Assembly (NCBI GenBank): GCA_050117845.1
Contig: JASFLY010000007.1
Coordinates: 42,130 to 106,129, forward strand
Reading direction: 5' to 3'
Source of the DNA: Candidatus Zixiibacteriota bacterium
Lineage (GTDB): Bacteria > RBG-13-66-14 > B26-G2 > WVWN01
Length of the DNA stretch: 64,000 nt
In this document: piece by piece, positions 1-8,999 of the stretch
How the letters are laid out: every line of letters starts with the position of its first letter
How positions within the stretch are numbered: the first letter of the stretch is position 1
Program-made: the position numbers and the translations under genes
The notes under the pieces: generated by a model
Told to the model about the DNA's origin: nothing
What the model saw: the letters and a program-made list of their open reading frames with translations, nothing else
The model's database searches: none

Positions 1-1
1 T

Positions 2-418
2 CTCTTCGAGCGATTGGTGCGTGGGGCCGTCCGGCCCGACGGATATACCGCCGTGCGCCCCGCCGATTTTGACGTTCAACTGGCCGTAGCAGATGGATGT
101 CCGGATCTGGTCCCACGCCCGGCCGGCGACGAACACGCCGTACGTCGTAACGAAGGGAACCAGGCCGGTCCGCGAAAGGCCGCCGGCCTCCGCCAACATG
201 TCCTGTTCGGCGATGCCGAAGTCGATGAATTTCTCGGGGTACTTGTCGCGCACCCATATCGTACGGGTAGACTTCGCCAGGTCGGCGTCACAGACCACTA
301 CCCGTTCGTCGTTCTCGCAAAGCCACAGAAGGCCGTGGCCGTAGCCGTCCCGGCTCGGGACCATTTCGACGTCCTTTTGGAAGTCGACTAATTTCGCATC
401 TTCGCGTATACCGCCCAT
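2..418 (-). CDS. Transketolase C-terminal (pyrimidine-binding) subunit, 3' end runs off the window
   Basis: Not in the ORF track; translated by hand from ATG at 418 (RBS AGGAG): MGGIREDAK...DADLAKST...FIDFGIAEQDM...GRAWDQIR...HGGISVGPDGPTHQSLE. These are typical transketolase C-subunit motifs, and the gene follows the N-subunit gene. Confidence 0.93.
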   Translation of the reverse strand, partial: MGGIREDAKLVDFQKDVEMVPSRDGYGHGLLWLCENDERVVVCDADLAKSTRTIWVRDKYPEKFIDFGIAEQDMLAEAGGLSRTGLVPFVTTYGVFVAGRAWDQIRTSICYGQLNVKIGGAHGGISVGPDGPTHQSLEE

Positions 419-456
419 GTATTATCTCCTCAACGGATAACGATTATGAATGAACG

Positions 457-1323
457 CTAGCCGACCCAATCGAAGTCGTGCTTTTTATACTCTTCCCACG
501 GCGCCGTGAAGCCCAAGTCGCCGAGCGCCTGTTGCACCTGCTCGCCCTTTTTCGGGGCGGCGCCGTGCCAGTCGGCCTGATTCTCCATGAAGGAGACGCC
601 CTTCCCCTTAATCGTATTGGCGATAATCATCGTCGGCTTCCTCTTCTCAAGAAGGAACCGTTCGTACGCGTAAGTCACCTGTCGCAGGTCGTGGCCGTCG
701 ATTTCGAGTACTTGCCAGCCGAACGCCTCCCACTTCTCAGGAAGTGGGTCGAGGCCCATGACTTCCTCGGTATTGCCGTCTATCATCAGGTAATTACGGT
801 CGCAGATACCGCATAGGTTATCCAGGCCGTAATGAGCGGCCGTCATCCCGGCCTCCCAAATGGCGCCCTCGTTCATCTCGCCGTCACCCATGAGGCAGTA
901 GACGTTGCCCGGATTCCCCTTGCGCTTGAGGCCCATAGCGACGCCCGAGGCGAGCGATAGCCCCTGGCCCAGGGACCCGGCGGAGAACTCCACGCCCGGC
1001 GTCTTAAGCCGGTGGGGGTGCCCCTGCAGAATCGTATCCAACTTGCGGAGCGTCCAGAGTTCCTTCCGGGGGAAGAAGCCCCGCGCCGCGAGGACGGCGT
1101 ACTGCACCGGACACGCGTGCCCCTTCGACAAGACGAACCAGTCGCGTTCATCCCAATCGGGGTTTTCCGCGTCGTGCTTCAGGATGTTCCAGTAAAGCGA
1201 CACCATGATTTCGGTCGCCGATAGCGAACCGCCGGAGTGACCCGAACCGGCCTCGGAGAGCATCACCATGATGTCCCGACGTATTTTGCGGCTGACCTCT
1301 TCAAGCTCTTTGATTTCGACCAT
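457..1323 (-). CDS. Transketolase N-terminal (TPP-binding) subunit
   Basis: GSGHSGGSLS, LSKGHACP, LQGHP, GSLGQGLS and GDGEMNEG (TPP motif) are present. Start placed at MVEIKEL (ATG 1323, RBS AGGAG) rather than the ORF-track start 1482. Confidence 0.95.
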   Translation of the reverse strand: MVEIKELEEVSRKIRRDIMVMLSEAGSGHSGGSLSATEIMVSLYWNILKHDAENPDWDERDWFVLSKGHACPVQYAVLAARGFFPRKELWTLRKLDTILQGHPHRLKTPGVEFSAGSLGQGLSLASGVAMGLKRKGNPGNVYCLMGDGEMNEGAIWEAGMTAAHYGLDNLCGICDRNYLMIDGNTEEVMGLDPLPEKWEAFGWQVLEIDGHDLRQVTYAYERFLLEKRKPTMIIANTIKGKGVSFMENQADWHGAAPKKGEQVQQALGDLGFTAPWEEYKKHDFDWVG

Positions 1324-1851
1324 AGCCTCTCCTAATGCAAAAGTGAATCTCGAAGGAGCCGTTAACGAACTTGGGCGCCCATTATACGCGAAAACTCCGG
1401 GCGCCGCAAGGGATTTTATCCCGGTTTTCTCATAGGGGGTTGCCGACGAGTATTCGAACCTCGCCAATAAATACACCCCCAATGCTTTAAAACCGTGAGC
1501 GCACCCGCCTCCTCCCTCAAGTCCTACGTGGCGACGTTTTAACGCCGCGTGTGTTGGACGCTGACGTCCGACGTTACCACACTCTTATGTAACTCGTGTA
1601 AGTATATTGGACATATACGATTTATAGCGGGTCGGCGGACTCAATATCAACTTGGGATGGATTGGATTCAACAGAGTAATTATGTTATAATACCGAAAAG
1701 CAGTTATTATCCTACTGCATACATATATGCGTAACTATAAACCCATATCTGATACCAATATGTTGGAATGCGTTTATTCTAAGCTTATAATTAACAAAAA
1801 CCTATCGAGGGCGGTTGGTTAATACACCTACAAAGGTGATAGGAGGGAAAG

Positions 1852-3324
1852 ATGAAATTAAGAAATGCTATCCCGGCGTTCGTACTATCGTTTATGATAA
1901 TCGCTTCGGCCCACGCCGACACGTGGGTATACGACGACATAACCGCGGATACGACCTGGACACCGGCCGGTAGTCCTTACAATATCTCGGGGACTATAAT
2001 GATAGTCAACGGCGCAATACTAACGATACAGCCGAACGTCGATGTCGTATTCTATAATCATGCAATCGAGTATTCGGCGTTGGTCATCGAGAATAGTGGT
2101 ACTCGGGGCGCTATCGTAGCCCACGGTACGGCCGGAAACGAGATAGCATTCTGGTCGACGGACCCCGGAATCCACGGAAGCATTGCGTCCCGTATAGTCC
2201 ACCCCTGGGCCACAGATCCACCGAAATACGACTTCCGCTTCGAGTATTGCGTCTTTAGTAACATAAAATCGATAGGTTTTACGTGGAACGGAAACGGTAA
2301 CGGCGGCATAAGGGCGGTGAACTGCCGTTTCGCGTCAACTAGGGTAAAGGGACCTAATTACCAAATCGTCCCCCCTATATACGATTCGCGGATTATAAGC
2401 TGCGACTTCCTCGGGGAACCCGTCGTTTATCCCTACTTGCATGCGTTAACTATGACGCGGGGTTACGTCGAGGAATGCACGTTCGACGAAATGGAATCTG
2501 GGTGCTCGGCGCAATGCACCGAAATAACGGCTTCGACCTTTACGTATTGCGAAACTGCACTCGCCATCGGTAAAAATGTAGCTACAAGTCTAAACACCTT
2601 CGAAGATAACGACGTCGGTGTTTACGTCGCGTATTCATCGAGTATAGGCGACGGCCCGTGGTCATCGGACGAGGATACGTTTTACAATAACGTACGAGGT
2701 ATATATATCGACGGTTACGACGCCCCGGCAAACGCCGACTATTCCACGATTACGGGCGCCACTATCACCTACAACGACTGGGGCATAGACGTTTGGGGCA
2801 CCGGCCCCCTACTCAAAATACGCGACTCCGGAATAGGGTATAATCGAATCGACGGGATACGCCTATTTTGCGACCATAACGCCGTCGACCTGGGAACGGC
2901 CCTAGACCCGGGTGGGAACACGATCGTTTACAACGGCGATAACGACCCCGAACATTACGAATATAAAGACATTTACGCGCACGGTAGTATGTTTGCGGGA
3001 ACCGGCCTTATCCCGGCCGTAGGCAATACATGGGAACATATATCAGAAGCCGTGATAGAACTATGCGATATAACCGACTATAACGACGACCCCAGTAATT
3101 ATACGCTGGACGTACGGGTTACCGCAGGCGACACCGACTTCGCGACACCTCCGCTCGTTATAACGCCGATACCCAAAAAGGATACCGGCGTTCCAACTCC
3201 CTCGGACGAGGGCGCGCCTACAGCCCCCGGCGGAGCGGCCTCCGCTACTAACGGATCAGTATCCACTAACGACGTCGGCGTCGAACCAACTTCCTTAGGT
3301 AATATCAAAGCGATTTACCAATAA
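1852..3324 (+). CDS. Secreted right-handed parallel beta-helix repeat protein with a low-complexity linker and a short conserved C-terminal tail
   Basis: Signal peptide (..SAHA|D), TTWTPAGSPYNISG...LTIQPNVDVVF beta-helix start, N-x-x-G-I repeats, P/T/A/G-rich linker, ends VEPTSLGNIKAIYQ. RBS AGGAGG. Confidence 0.7.
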   Translation: MKLRNAIPAFVLSFMIIASAHADTWVYDDITADTTWTPAGSPYNISGTIMIVNGAILTIQPNVDVVFYNHAIEYSALVIENSGTRGAIVAHGTAGNEIAFWSTDPGIHGSIASRIVHPWATDPPKYDFRFEYCVFSNIKSIGFTWNGNGNGGIRAVNCRFASTRVKGPNYQIVPPIYDSRIISCDFLGEPVVYPYLHALTMTRGYVEECTFDEMESGCSAQCTEITASTFTYCETALAIGKNVATSLNTFEDNDVGVYVAYSSSIGDGPWSSDEDTFYNNVRGIYIDGYDAPANADYSTITGATITYNDWGIDVWGTGPLLKIRDSGIGYNRIDGIRLFCDHNAVDLGTALDPGGNTIVYNGDNDPEHYEYKDIYAHGSMFAGTGLIPAVGNTWEHISEAVIELCDITDYNDDPSNYTLDVRVTAGDTDFATPPLVITPIPKKDTGVPTPSDEGAPTAPGGAASATNGSVSTNDVGVEPTSLGNIKAIYQ

Positions 3325-3345
3325 CCTTCGCCGAAACCGCCCTCG

Positions 3346-3392
3346 AAAAAAATAGCCGGGCGTATCGTACGCCCGGCTACTCTAATTTTTTT
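3346..3392. terminator. Bidirectional intrinsic terminator between convergent genes
   Basis: A-tract, TAGCCGGGCG-tatcgta-CGCCCGGCTA, then a T-tract. Confidence 0.75.
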
Positions 3393-3403
3393 GGGGGGGG
3401 TGG

Positions 3404-3586
3404 TTAAGCCTTCACGAGGCCGACGATCCAGAGCGTGTAGAAGACGCCGATGAGTACGCCCCAGAACAGCGCCTTCTTCCCGACGAACTTGTTCTCCTTA
3501 TTTATCGCCCGGAAGATGAAGCCGATAGTGGCGCCGACCCATCCCAGAAACCCTATCTCGACTACCGCGGCCCACATGTTGGACAT
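3404..3586 (-). CDS. Small hypothetical membrane protein (2 TM)
   Basis: 60 aa, two hydrophobic segments, RBS AGGAG upstream. Confidence 0.7.
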   Translation of the reverse strand: MSNMWAAVVEIGFLGWVGATIGFIFRAINKENKFVGKKALFWGVLIGVFYTLWIVGLVKA

Positions 3587-3693
3587 AACGCTACTCCTGT
3601 TAATCCGCTAAAACCCCCGCCCGGCCTTTGCGCCGGGCGGGGGCGTAGTATGCTCGTTCAAGCTTACGTTCGTTCCCGGCTTTATTTGAACTA

Positions 3694-5160
3694 CTACTTG
3701 CCCGGGTGCGGCGCGAAGAGGCCCAAGAGGACGTCCTCGGTCGCGTCTATCTTATCAAACGTACCGATATCCCGCATTATCTCGAGCGTGTAGCACCAGT
3801 CCTTGCCGTATTCGTTATCCTTTAAACGTTCCCAACCGCTTTTCTTTTCCGGATCGCGCTCGCCTTCCCACGGTCCGTAACCCACCCGGTTCGGTTGTTG
3901 CCACTGGCAACGGCCGACTATGTCCGAGGCCGAACCCAGCGGCACGCGGTGCAGGTATCCGGCGATACGAGCGCCGCCCTCTTCGGGCCATGGCGCCGTC
4001 AGAGAGAAAGCGACCGTAGTCGTTTCAGCGTTCCACAGGTAATAAGCCCCCGGCGCGTTGTCATCCGGATCATTCGGCGCTTGGTAACTGGGGTAAGATG
4101 CATGGCCGCCGTTAGCGCGAATACCCGATAGACCGCTGTCGAACGTAAGGAACGGATCGAGGGATTGAGGATTGCTAGTCGACGGCGTTTCCGGATACGG
4201 GAAGCCACCCTGATCGATATAACAGTCGAAGAGGTAGGCGCTTTCGCTGTCGTCCCATCCCCCGGCGGCCGTATAGTTCGTCCGGGACGCGCTGAAGAAC
4301 CACATGTCGCAGTACGGCCCGGGGTAACCGGCTTGATTATAAGGCGCCGTGCTGGTATTAACATAGGGCGTCTTATAAACGGCGTTTTCGTCGCCCGGGA
4401 TGGCGTTTATGCCGCGGGTCTGGAAACCTGGTACCGTTTCCACGAATTCCCAATCGTACGTGGTAGCCGGGTCCGGAATCACGTTCGGGTCGGTAGTACT
4501 GCGCAGGAACCAGGTCGACCAGACGAGCGCGAGCCAGTCCTCGTGCGATTCCCACTGACGACCATTGTTAAACCCTTCGCTCGGCGGGGTCATATTGGGT
4601 TCCTGGTACCAGTAGTAGTGCATGGTGCCGCCGACCGGTCCCGCATCCGTGCCCTCGATGGGTTGGATGGTGTGGGTCGGGTCTTCCCACCGGAAGAAGA
4701 ACCATATGCGCGGCGGGTTAACGTAAGTATAAAGCGCTTTAACTTCCACGCTTCTCACCTGGCTACCGGCGCCTATAACCGGCGATACGTTGATGGTCGT
4801 CCAGGGAGTCGTTTCCCAAAGCCAATAGTCGCCGCCTTTTGCTACTTCGGTGCTAAGCCTTTCGGCGACGCCGTCTATTAGCGGGTAGGTATCGTATACG
4901 TACGTAACCGGAACACGGTTAGGACCGGTGCCGTCGCCGTTCCAGTCTAGCGTACATACGGCGGCGCCGTCATGGTCCCAACTGTCGAATTCGTTGCCGT
5001 TACCGTCGCATACCAGCAGCGAGAACGTCTGGTCGAGGTAACTGACCTCCGGCCGCGTAATCCCGGCGACGTCTTCGTCACAACCGGCGAGGAATATCGC
5101 GCCGACGCCGAGACCGACCGCTAAGGCCGCTAGTAAAATATATCCCTTCTTCAGCCTCAT
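3694..5160 (-). CDS. Lipoprotein with an ethylbenzene-dehydrogenase-gamma-related (EB_dh / DOMON-like cytochrome) domain
   Basis: Lipobox FLAG|C. Motifs PLIDG...W, VEVKALY..IWFFFRWEDPT, EDWLALVW, DMWFFSASRTN, IAGYL..PLGSASDI and YTLEIMR..GT match the EB_dh-type pattern as recognised by eye. Confidence 0.65.
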   Translation of the reverse strand: MRLKKGYILLAALAVGLGVGAIFLAGCDEDVAGITRPEVSYLDQTFSLLVCDGNGNEFDSWDHDGAAVCTLDWNGDGTGPNRVPVTYVYDTYPLIDGVAERLSTEVAKGGDYWLWETTPWTTINVSPVIGAGSQVRSVEVKALYTYVNPPRIWFFFRWEDPTHTIQPIEGTDAGPVGGTMHYYWYQEPNMTPPSEGFNNGRQWESHEDWLALVWSTWFLRSTTDPNVIPDPATTYDWEFVETVPGFQTRGINAIPGDENAVYKTPYVNTSTAPYNQAGYPGPYCDMWFFSASRTNYTAAGGWDDSESAYLFDCYIDQGGFPYPETPSTSNPQSLDPFLTFDSGLSGIRANGGHASYPSYQAPNDPDDNAPGAYYLWNAETTTVAFSLTAPWPEEGGARIAGYLHRVPLGSASDIVGRCQWQQPNRVGYGPWEGERDPEKKSGWERLKDNEYGKDWCYTLEIMRDIGTFDKIDATEDVLLGLFAPHPGK

Positions 5161-5322
5161 CACTTATCACCCTCCTGGTGAAAATGAAGGCGTTGAGCGT
5201 TGTCTCTTCTATCAAACCGGCCTAATCGTTACCTGCCGGCAAAACCCTTGCCTTTTTTTTGACTCTAGCACAGCCCCCCGGCTAGTGTCAAGTTATTTTT
5301 TAATACCCGCGCACCCTTTTTA

Positions 5323-6303
5323 TTACTCCAATTCGTAGCATTTCAGTTGCTCTTTCCCGTCGGCGACAAGCAGCAGGCGGCCGGATATGACGGGCGCGCA
5401 CGCCGCGTATTCCTCCAGCCGAAACAACTCCGTAATCTCCCCTTGCCCCTCCGATCCACCCGCATAAACGATCAATACCCGGCCGTCCTCCCGGACGACG
5501 ATCGCGCCCCCCGTCGAAGCCGCCGCCCCCACGACGTTGCCGTCGAACTCGACCTCCGCGAGGAGCTCGCCCTCGACGTCGAACATGAACAGCGTCCTAC
5601 GCCCGGCGACGATCAGGCCCTGCCCGGCAAGTTCCGGCGCAGCGCCGAGTTTGTCCCCCGTTTCGCGGCGCCACAACTCCTCCCCCGTCACGGCGTCGTA
5701 ACAGGCCACGGCGCCCGAGGCCTCGGCGACGTATATACGGTTGCCCGCGACCGCCGGGTATATCGCGGCGCGAGCCGCGTCGGTCTCCCAACTCGGTTCG
5801 GCCCGGCCCGGCCCGCATCGGCCCATTCGTCCTGCCGCCGTCCACGCCACGAAATCGCCGTCGCCCGTCGCGGCCGCTCCCGTCACTACGCCGTCGAACG
5901 GCGTCCGGCCCAGCTCCTCGCCCGTGGCGGCGTCGAAGAAGACGAGTTCGTGTTTCAACCCGGCCACTACCACGCCTCCCCCGGCCGCGGGGATTATTAT
6001 GCCCGGCCCGGCCTGCGCCCGCCATACCGTCTCCCCATCTTCGGGCCGCAACGCATATATCCGTCCTTCGGGATGGGGAACGTACTGATACAAAAATCCC
6101 CCGGCGAGTATCGGCGTCGTCGTGAGCGGCGCCTTGAAGCGACGGGACCAAAACCTCGCGCCGTCGCGGGAATCCAGAGCGTAGAGCTTCTTGTCCGCCG
6201 ACGCGTAATAGACGACGTCCCCCGCCACGAGGGGCGCAACGTCGGCCGGTGCGTCGGCCTTGAACGACCAGAGTAAAGTAGCCGCGATTATCAGAGCTTC
6301 CAC
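5323..6303 (-). CDS. PQQ-like beta-propeller repeat protein (BamB-like)
   Basis: Repeated LYALDxxDGxxxW / YDAxTGEELW motifs. Confidence 0.8.
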   Translation of the reverse strand: MEALIIAATLLWSFKADAPADVAPLVAGDVVYYASADKKLYALDSRDGARFWSRRFKAPLTTTPILAGGFLYQYVPHPEGRIYALRPEDGETVWRAQAGPGIIIPAAGGGVVVAGLKHELVFFDAATGEELGRTPFDGVVTGAAATGDGDFVAWTAAGRMGRCGPGRAEPSWETDAARAAIYPAVAGNRIYVAEASGAVACYDAVTGEELWRRETGDKLGAAPELAGQGLIVAGRRTLFMFDVEGELLAEVEFDGNVVGAAASTGGAIVVREDGRVLIVYAGGSEGQGEITELFRLEEYAACAPVISGRLLLVADGKEQLKCYELE

Positions 6304-6449
6304 GGAATTATTATACCCCGGATGAAGGGGCGCCGCAATCTTCTTCCGGCGGTGTCGGGTCGGCCGGGAAGCCGGACGCCGTTTTTAGTTGCATATTAAA
6401 TTATGTTATGCTAAATAAAAAGGGAGTATATAATGTCGAAGCCGCTTTT

Positions 6450-6956
6450 ATGCTTGACGATTCTAAAATTAAAAACGTCGAAATATTTAAGTACATTTCT
6501 CCCGAAGAAGGCCGACGCGTTTTGGGGGATGCGGAAGTAGTATCCCTCCGCGAAAACGAAACGCTTTTCGACGCCGGTAGCGTCGGGAACGAAATGTACA
6601 TAATCGAAACCGGGAAAATTAAGGTTTTCCGGATATCCGATAACGAAGAGATTACGTTCGCGGAATTCGGCCCGGGGGACGCGTTCGGCGAGATGTCGCT
6701 TATCGACGAATATCCGCGGTCGGCCTCGGCGGTGGCGTTGGAGGATTGCGCTTTGCTATCGCTTTCGCGGTCGGCCTTTACGAAGATCCTGGAAGAATCC
6801 CCGGGAATAGGCACCAAACTCCTCATGGCCATAGCCGAAGTATTTTCCAAGCGGATGCGTAAAACGGATAAGCTGCTCGAAGCCTATCATCTGGTCAACC
6901 GGGCCCTGATATCCAACGAGGAATTCCGCCAACTATACAAGGCCATCCACTCCTAA
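6450..6956 (+). CDS. Stand-alone cyclic-nucleotide-binding domain protein (no HTH)
   Basis: MYIIETGKIKV, GDAFGEMSLIDEYPRSASAVA. Start is uncertain (6408 or 6450). Confidence 0.85.
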   Translation: MLDDSKIKNVEIFKYISPEEGRRVLGDAEVVSLRENETLFDAGSVGNEMYIIETGKIKVFRISDNEEITFAEFGPGDAFGEMSLIDEYPRSASAVALEDCALLSLSRSAFTKILEESPGIGTKLLMAIAEVFSKRMRKTDKLLEAYHLVNRALISNEEFRQLYKAIHS

Positions 6957-6971
6957 AACCCAGACCCTGCT

Positions 6972-7262
6972 ATGACGAAAAAAGAGATCGCCGCCAAGGT
7001 AGCTCTTCGCACCGGTATAACCCATAAACGGGCGGTCGCCGTAATCGACCAGCTGCTCGCCGAGATTAAAGCCTCTCTGGCCGCCGGCGAAAAGACGGAG
7101 ATCCGCGGCTTCGGCGTATTCAAGGTTCGCCGCACCAAACGGAAAGTCGCCCGGGATCTCAGCACCAACACCGAAATAGTAATCGCCCCCACGCGGCGGG
7201 TGAAATTCATACCCGGCAAGCAGATGAAGGAAAAGCTCAACCGCGCCCTGACGGCCGAATAA
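6972..7262 (+). CDS. HU/IHF family DNA-binding protein
   Basis: MTKKEIA...EIRGFGVFKVRRTKRKVARD..T..IVIAP.RRVKFIPGKQMKE. Confidence 0.93.
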   Translation: MTKKEIAAKVALRTGITHKRAVAVIDQLLAEIKASLAAGEKTEIRGFGVFKVRRTKRKVARDLSTNTEIVIAPTRRVKFIPGKQMKEKLNRALTAE

Positions 7263-7281
7263 CGCCGTTAGAAAAAAGAAT

Positions 7282-7313
7282 AAAAAAGCCGCGCCCGGGA
7301 GGGTGCGGCCTTT
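7282..7313. terminator. Bidirectional terminator between HU and pckA
   Basis: AAAAAA GCCGCGCCC-ggga-GGGTGCGGC then CTTT. Confidence 0.65.
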
Positions 7314-7335
7314 CCGTTGCGTTGGTTGGACGGCC

Positions 7336-8919
7336 TTAAACCTTGGGGCCGGCCGCCTTTACGTCGTCGCTCGCCATATCCTCGAACTGCTTGAAGTTCT
7401 CCGCGAAACGTCGGGCGAGGTCGAGAGCCTTGGCGTCGTAGGCGGCTTTATCCGCCCACGTGTTCTTGGGCCATAGGACCTCCGTCGGCACGCCGGGGCA
7501 CGCCTTCGGGACCAGGACGCCGAAGACGGGATCGGGTTCGAACTCCTGTTTCTCGAGCACGCCCTCGAGCGCCGCGGACAAGAGGCCCCGCGTCACGCCG
7601 ATGGCCATGCGTTCGCCGACGCCGTGAGGGCCGCCGCTCCATCCGGTATTGATCAACCAGCAATTCACCTTATGCTTGGCCAACCGCTCCCCCATCAATT
7701 TCGCGTACACCGTCGGGTGCCGGGGAAGGAAGGGCGCGCCGAAGCCCGCGCTGAACGTGGCCTGGGGCTCCGTTATGCCCGACTCGGTTCCCGCCAGCTT
7801 CGCGGTATAACCGGATAAATAATGGTACATGGCCATTTCCGGCGTCAACTTGGATATGGGGGGAAGCACGCCGAAGGCGTCGGCCGCCAGGAAGAAGACG
7901 TTCTTCGGATGGCCGGTGACGCCGTCCGTTATACAGTTGGGAATATATTCCACCGGATACGTGGCCCGCGTATTCTCGGTGATGCTACCGTCGTTGTAGT
8001 CTATCTCCCGGGTATGGGGGTCGACTATGACGTTCTCGAGGAGTGAACCGAAGCGGATAGCATTGTAAATTTGCGGCTCATCCTGGGCCGAAAGGCGGAT
8101 GACCTTCGCGTAACAGCCGCCCTCGAAATTGAAACAGCCGTCGTCGCTCCAGCCGGTCTCGTCGTCCCCGATGAGGCAGCGTTTGGGGTCGGCCGATAAC
8201 GTCGTTTTTCCGGTACCCGAAAGGCCGAAGAACAAGGCCGCGTCGCCGTCCGCGCCGACGTTGCACGAGCAATGCATCGGGCAAACGTTTTCGGCGGGCA
8301 TGAAGTAGTTCATTATCGTGAAGATGCTCTTTTTAATCTCGCCGCCGTAATGCGAGCCGGTTACGAGTATGATGTTTTTCTTGAGGTCGACCGCCACCAC
8401 GACGTACGAACGGACGTTATCGACTTCCGGTAAGGCATGGAAACCGGAAGCCATCACCACCGTGAAATCCGCTTTATGTTTCGCCAGTTGTTCGGCCGTA
8501 GGCCGGCGGAACAGCGTCCGGGCGAAAAGCGAGTGCCAGGCTTTCTCGGCAACGATGCGGACACCCTTCGCGTATTTCGGATCTGCCCCGACGAAACCGT
8601 CGAAGACGAAAAGGTCCCGGCGCGCCAGGTAATCCGTCACCTTGGCGTATAACGCGTCGAAGGTCTCGGGCGCCATCTCGACGTTCACCTTGCCCCACCA
8701 AATGTCCTTCTCGGTGGCGGCTTCCCGCACGACGAATTTATCGTTCGGGGACCGGCCCGTCCGGTCGGGCGTGGTACGAACCACTAACGCGCCGTTAGCC
8801 GCGAGTTCCCCCTCGTGCCGCCGGACCGCCATCTCCACCAGCACCGGCGAAGACAGATTACGGTACACCTGCCGCTGGGGCGTAATGCCGAGGTTTTCCA
8901 ACCCGTATTCATCGACCAT
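7336..8919 (-). CDS. pckA: Phosphoenolpyruvate carboxykinase (ATP)
   Basis: TGRSPNDKF, YGGEIKKSIF, MHCSCNVG, FFGLSGTGKTTLSAD, LIGDDE, NFEGGCYAK, TENTRATYP. Confidence 0.97.
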   Translation of the reverse strand: MVDEYGLENLGITPQRQVYRNLSSPVLVEMAVRRHEGELAANGALVVRTTPDRTGRSPNDKFVVREAATEKDIWWGKVNVEMAPETFDALYAKVTDYLARRDLFVFDGFVGADPKYAKGVRIVAEKAWHSLFARTLFRRPTAEQLAKHKADFTVVMASGFHALPEVDNVRSYVVVAVDLKKNIILVTGSHYGGEIKKSIFTIMNYFMPAENVCPMHCSCNVGADGDAALFFGLSGTGKTTLSADPKRCLIGDDETGWSDDGCFNFEGGCYAKVIRLSAQDEPQIYNAIRFGSLLENVIVDPHTREIDYNDGSITENTRATYPVEYIPNCITDGVTGHPKNVFFLAADAFGVLPPISKLTPEMAMYHYLSGYTAKLAGTESGITEPQATFSAGFGAPFLPRHPTVYAKLMGERLAKHKVNCWLINTGWSGGPHGVGERMAIGVTRGLLSAALEGVLEKQEFEPDPVFGVLVPKACPGVPTEVLWPKNTWADKAAYDAKALDLARRFAENFKQFEDMASDDVKAAGPKV

Positions 8920-8999
8920 ACGGACTCCTCCGGTGAATTATGCTTTAAGGGGAATACTGAGAGAACATCTTAGAATAAACCCGCCGACTCCGCAAGCCA

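Noticed and set aside
1549..1850. AT-rich stretch as an ncRNA or the 61-aa ORF
   Set aside because: No stable structure or RBS is seen; it is best explained as a divergent promoter region.
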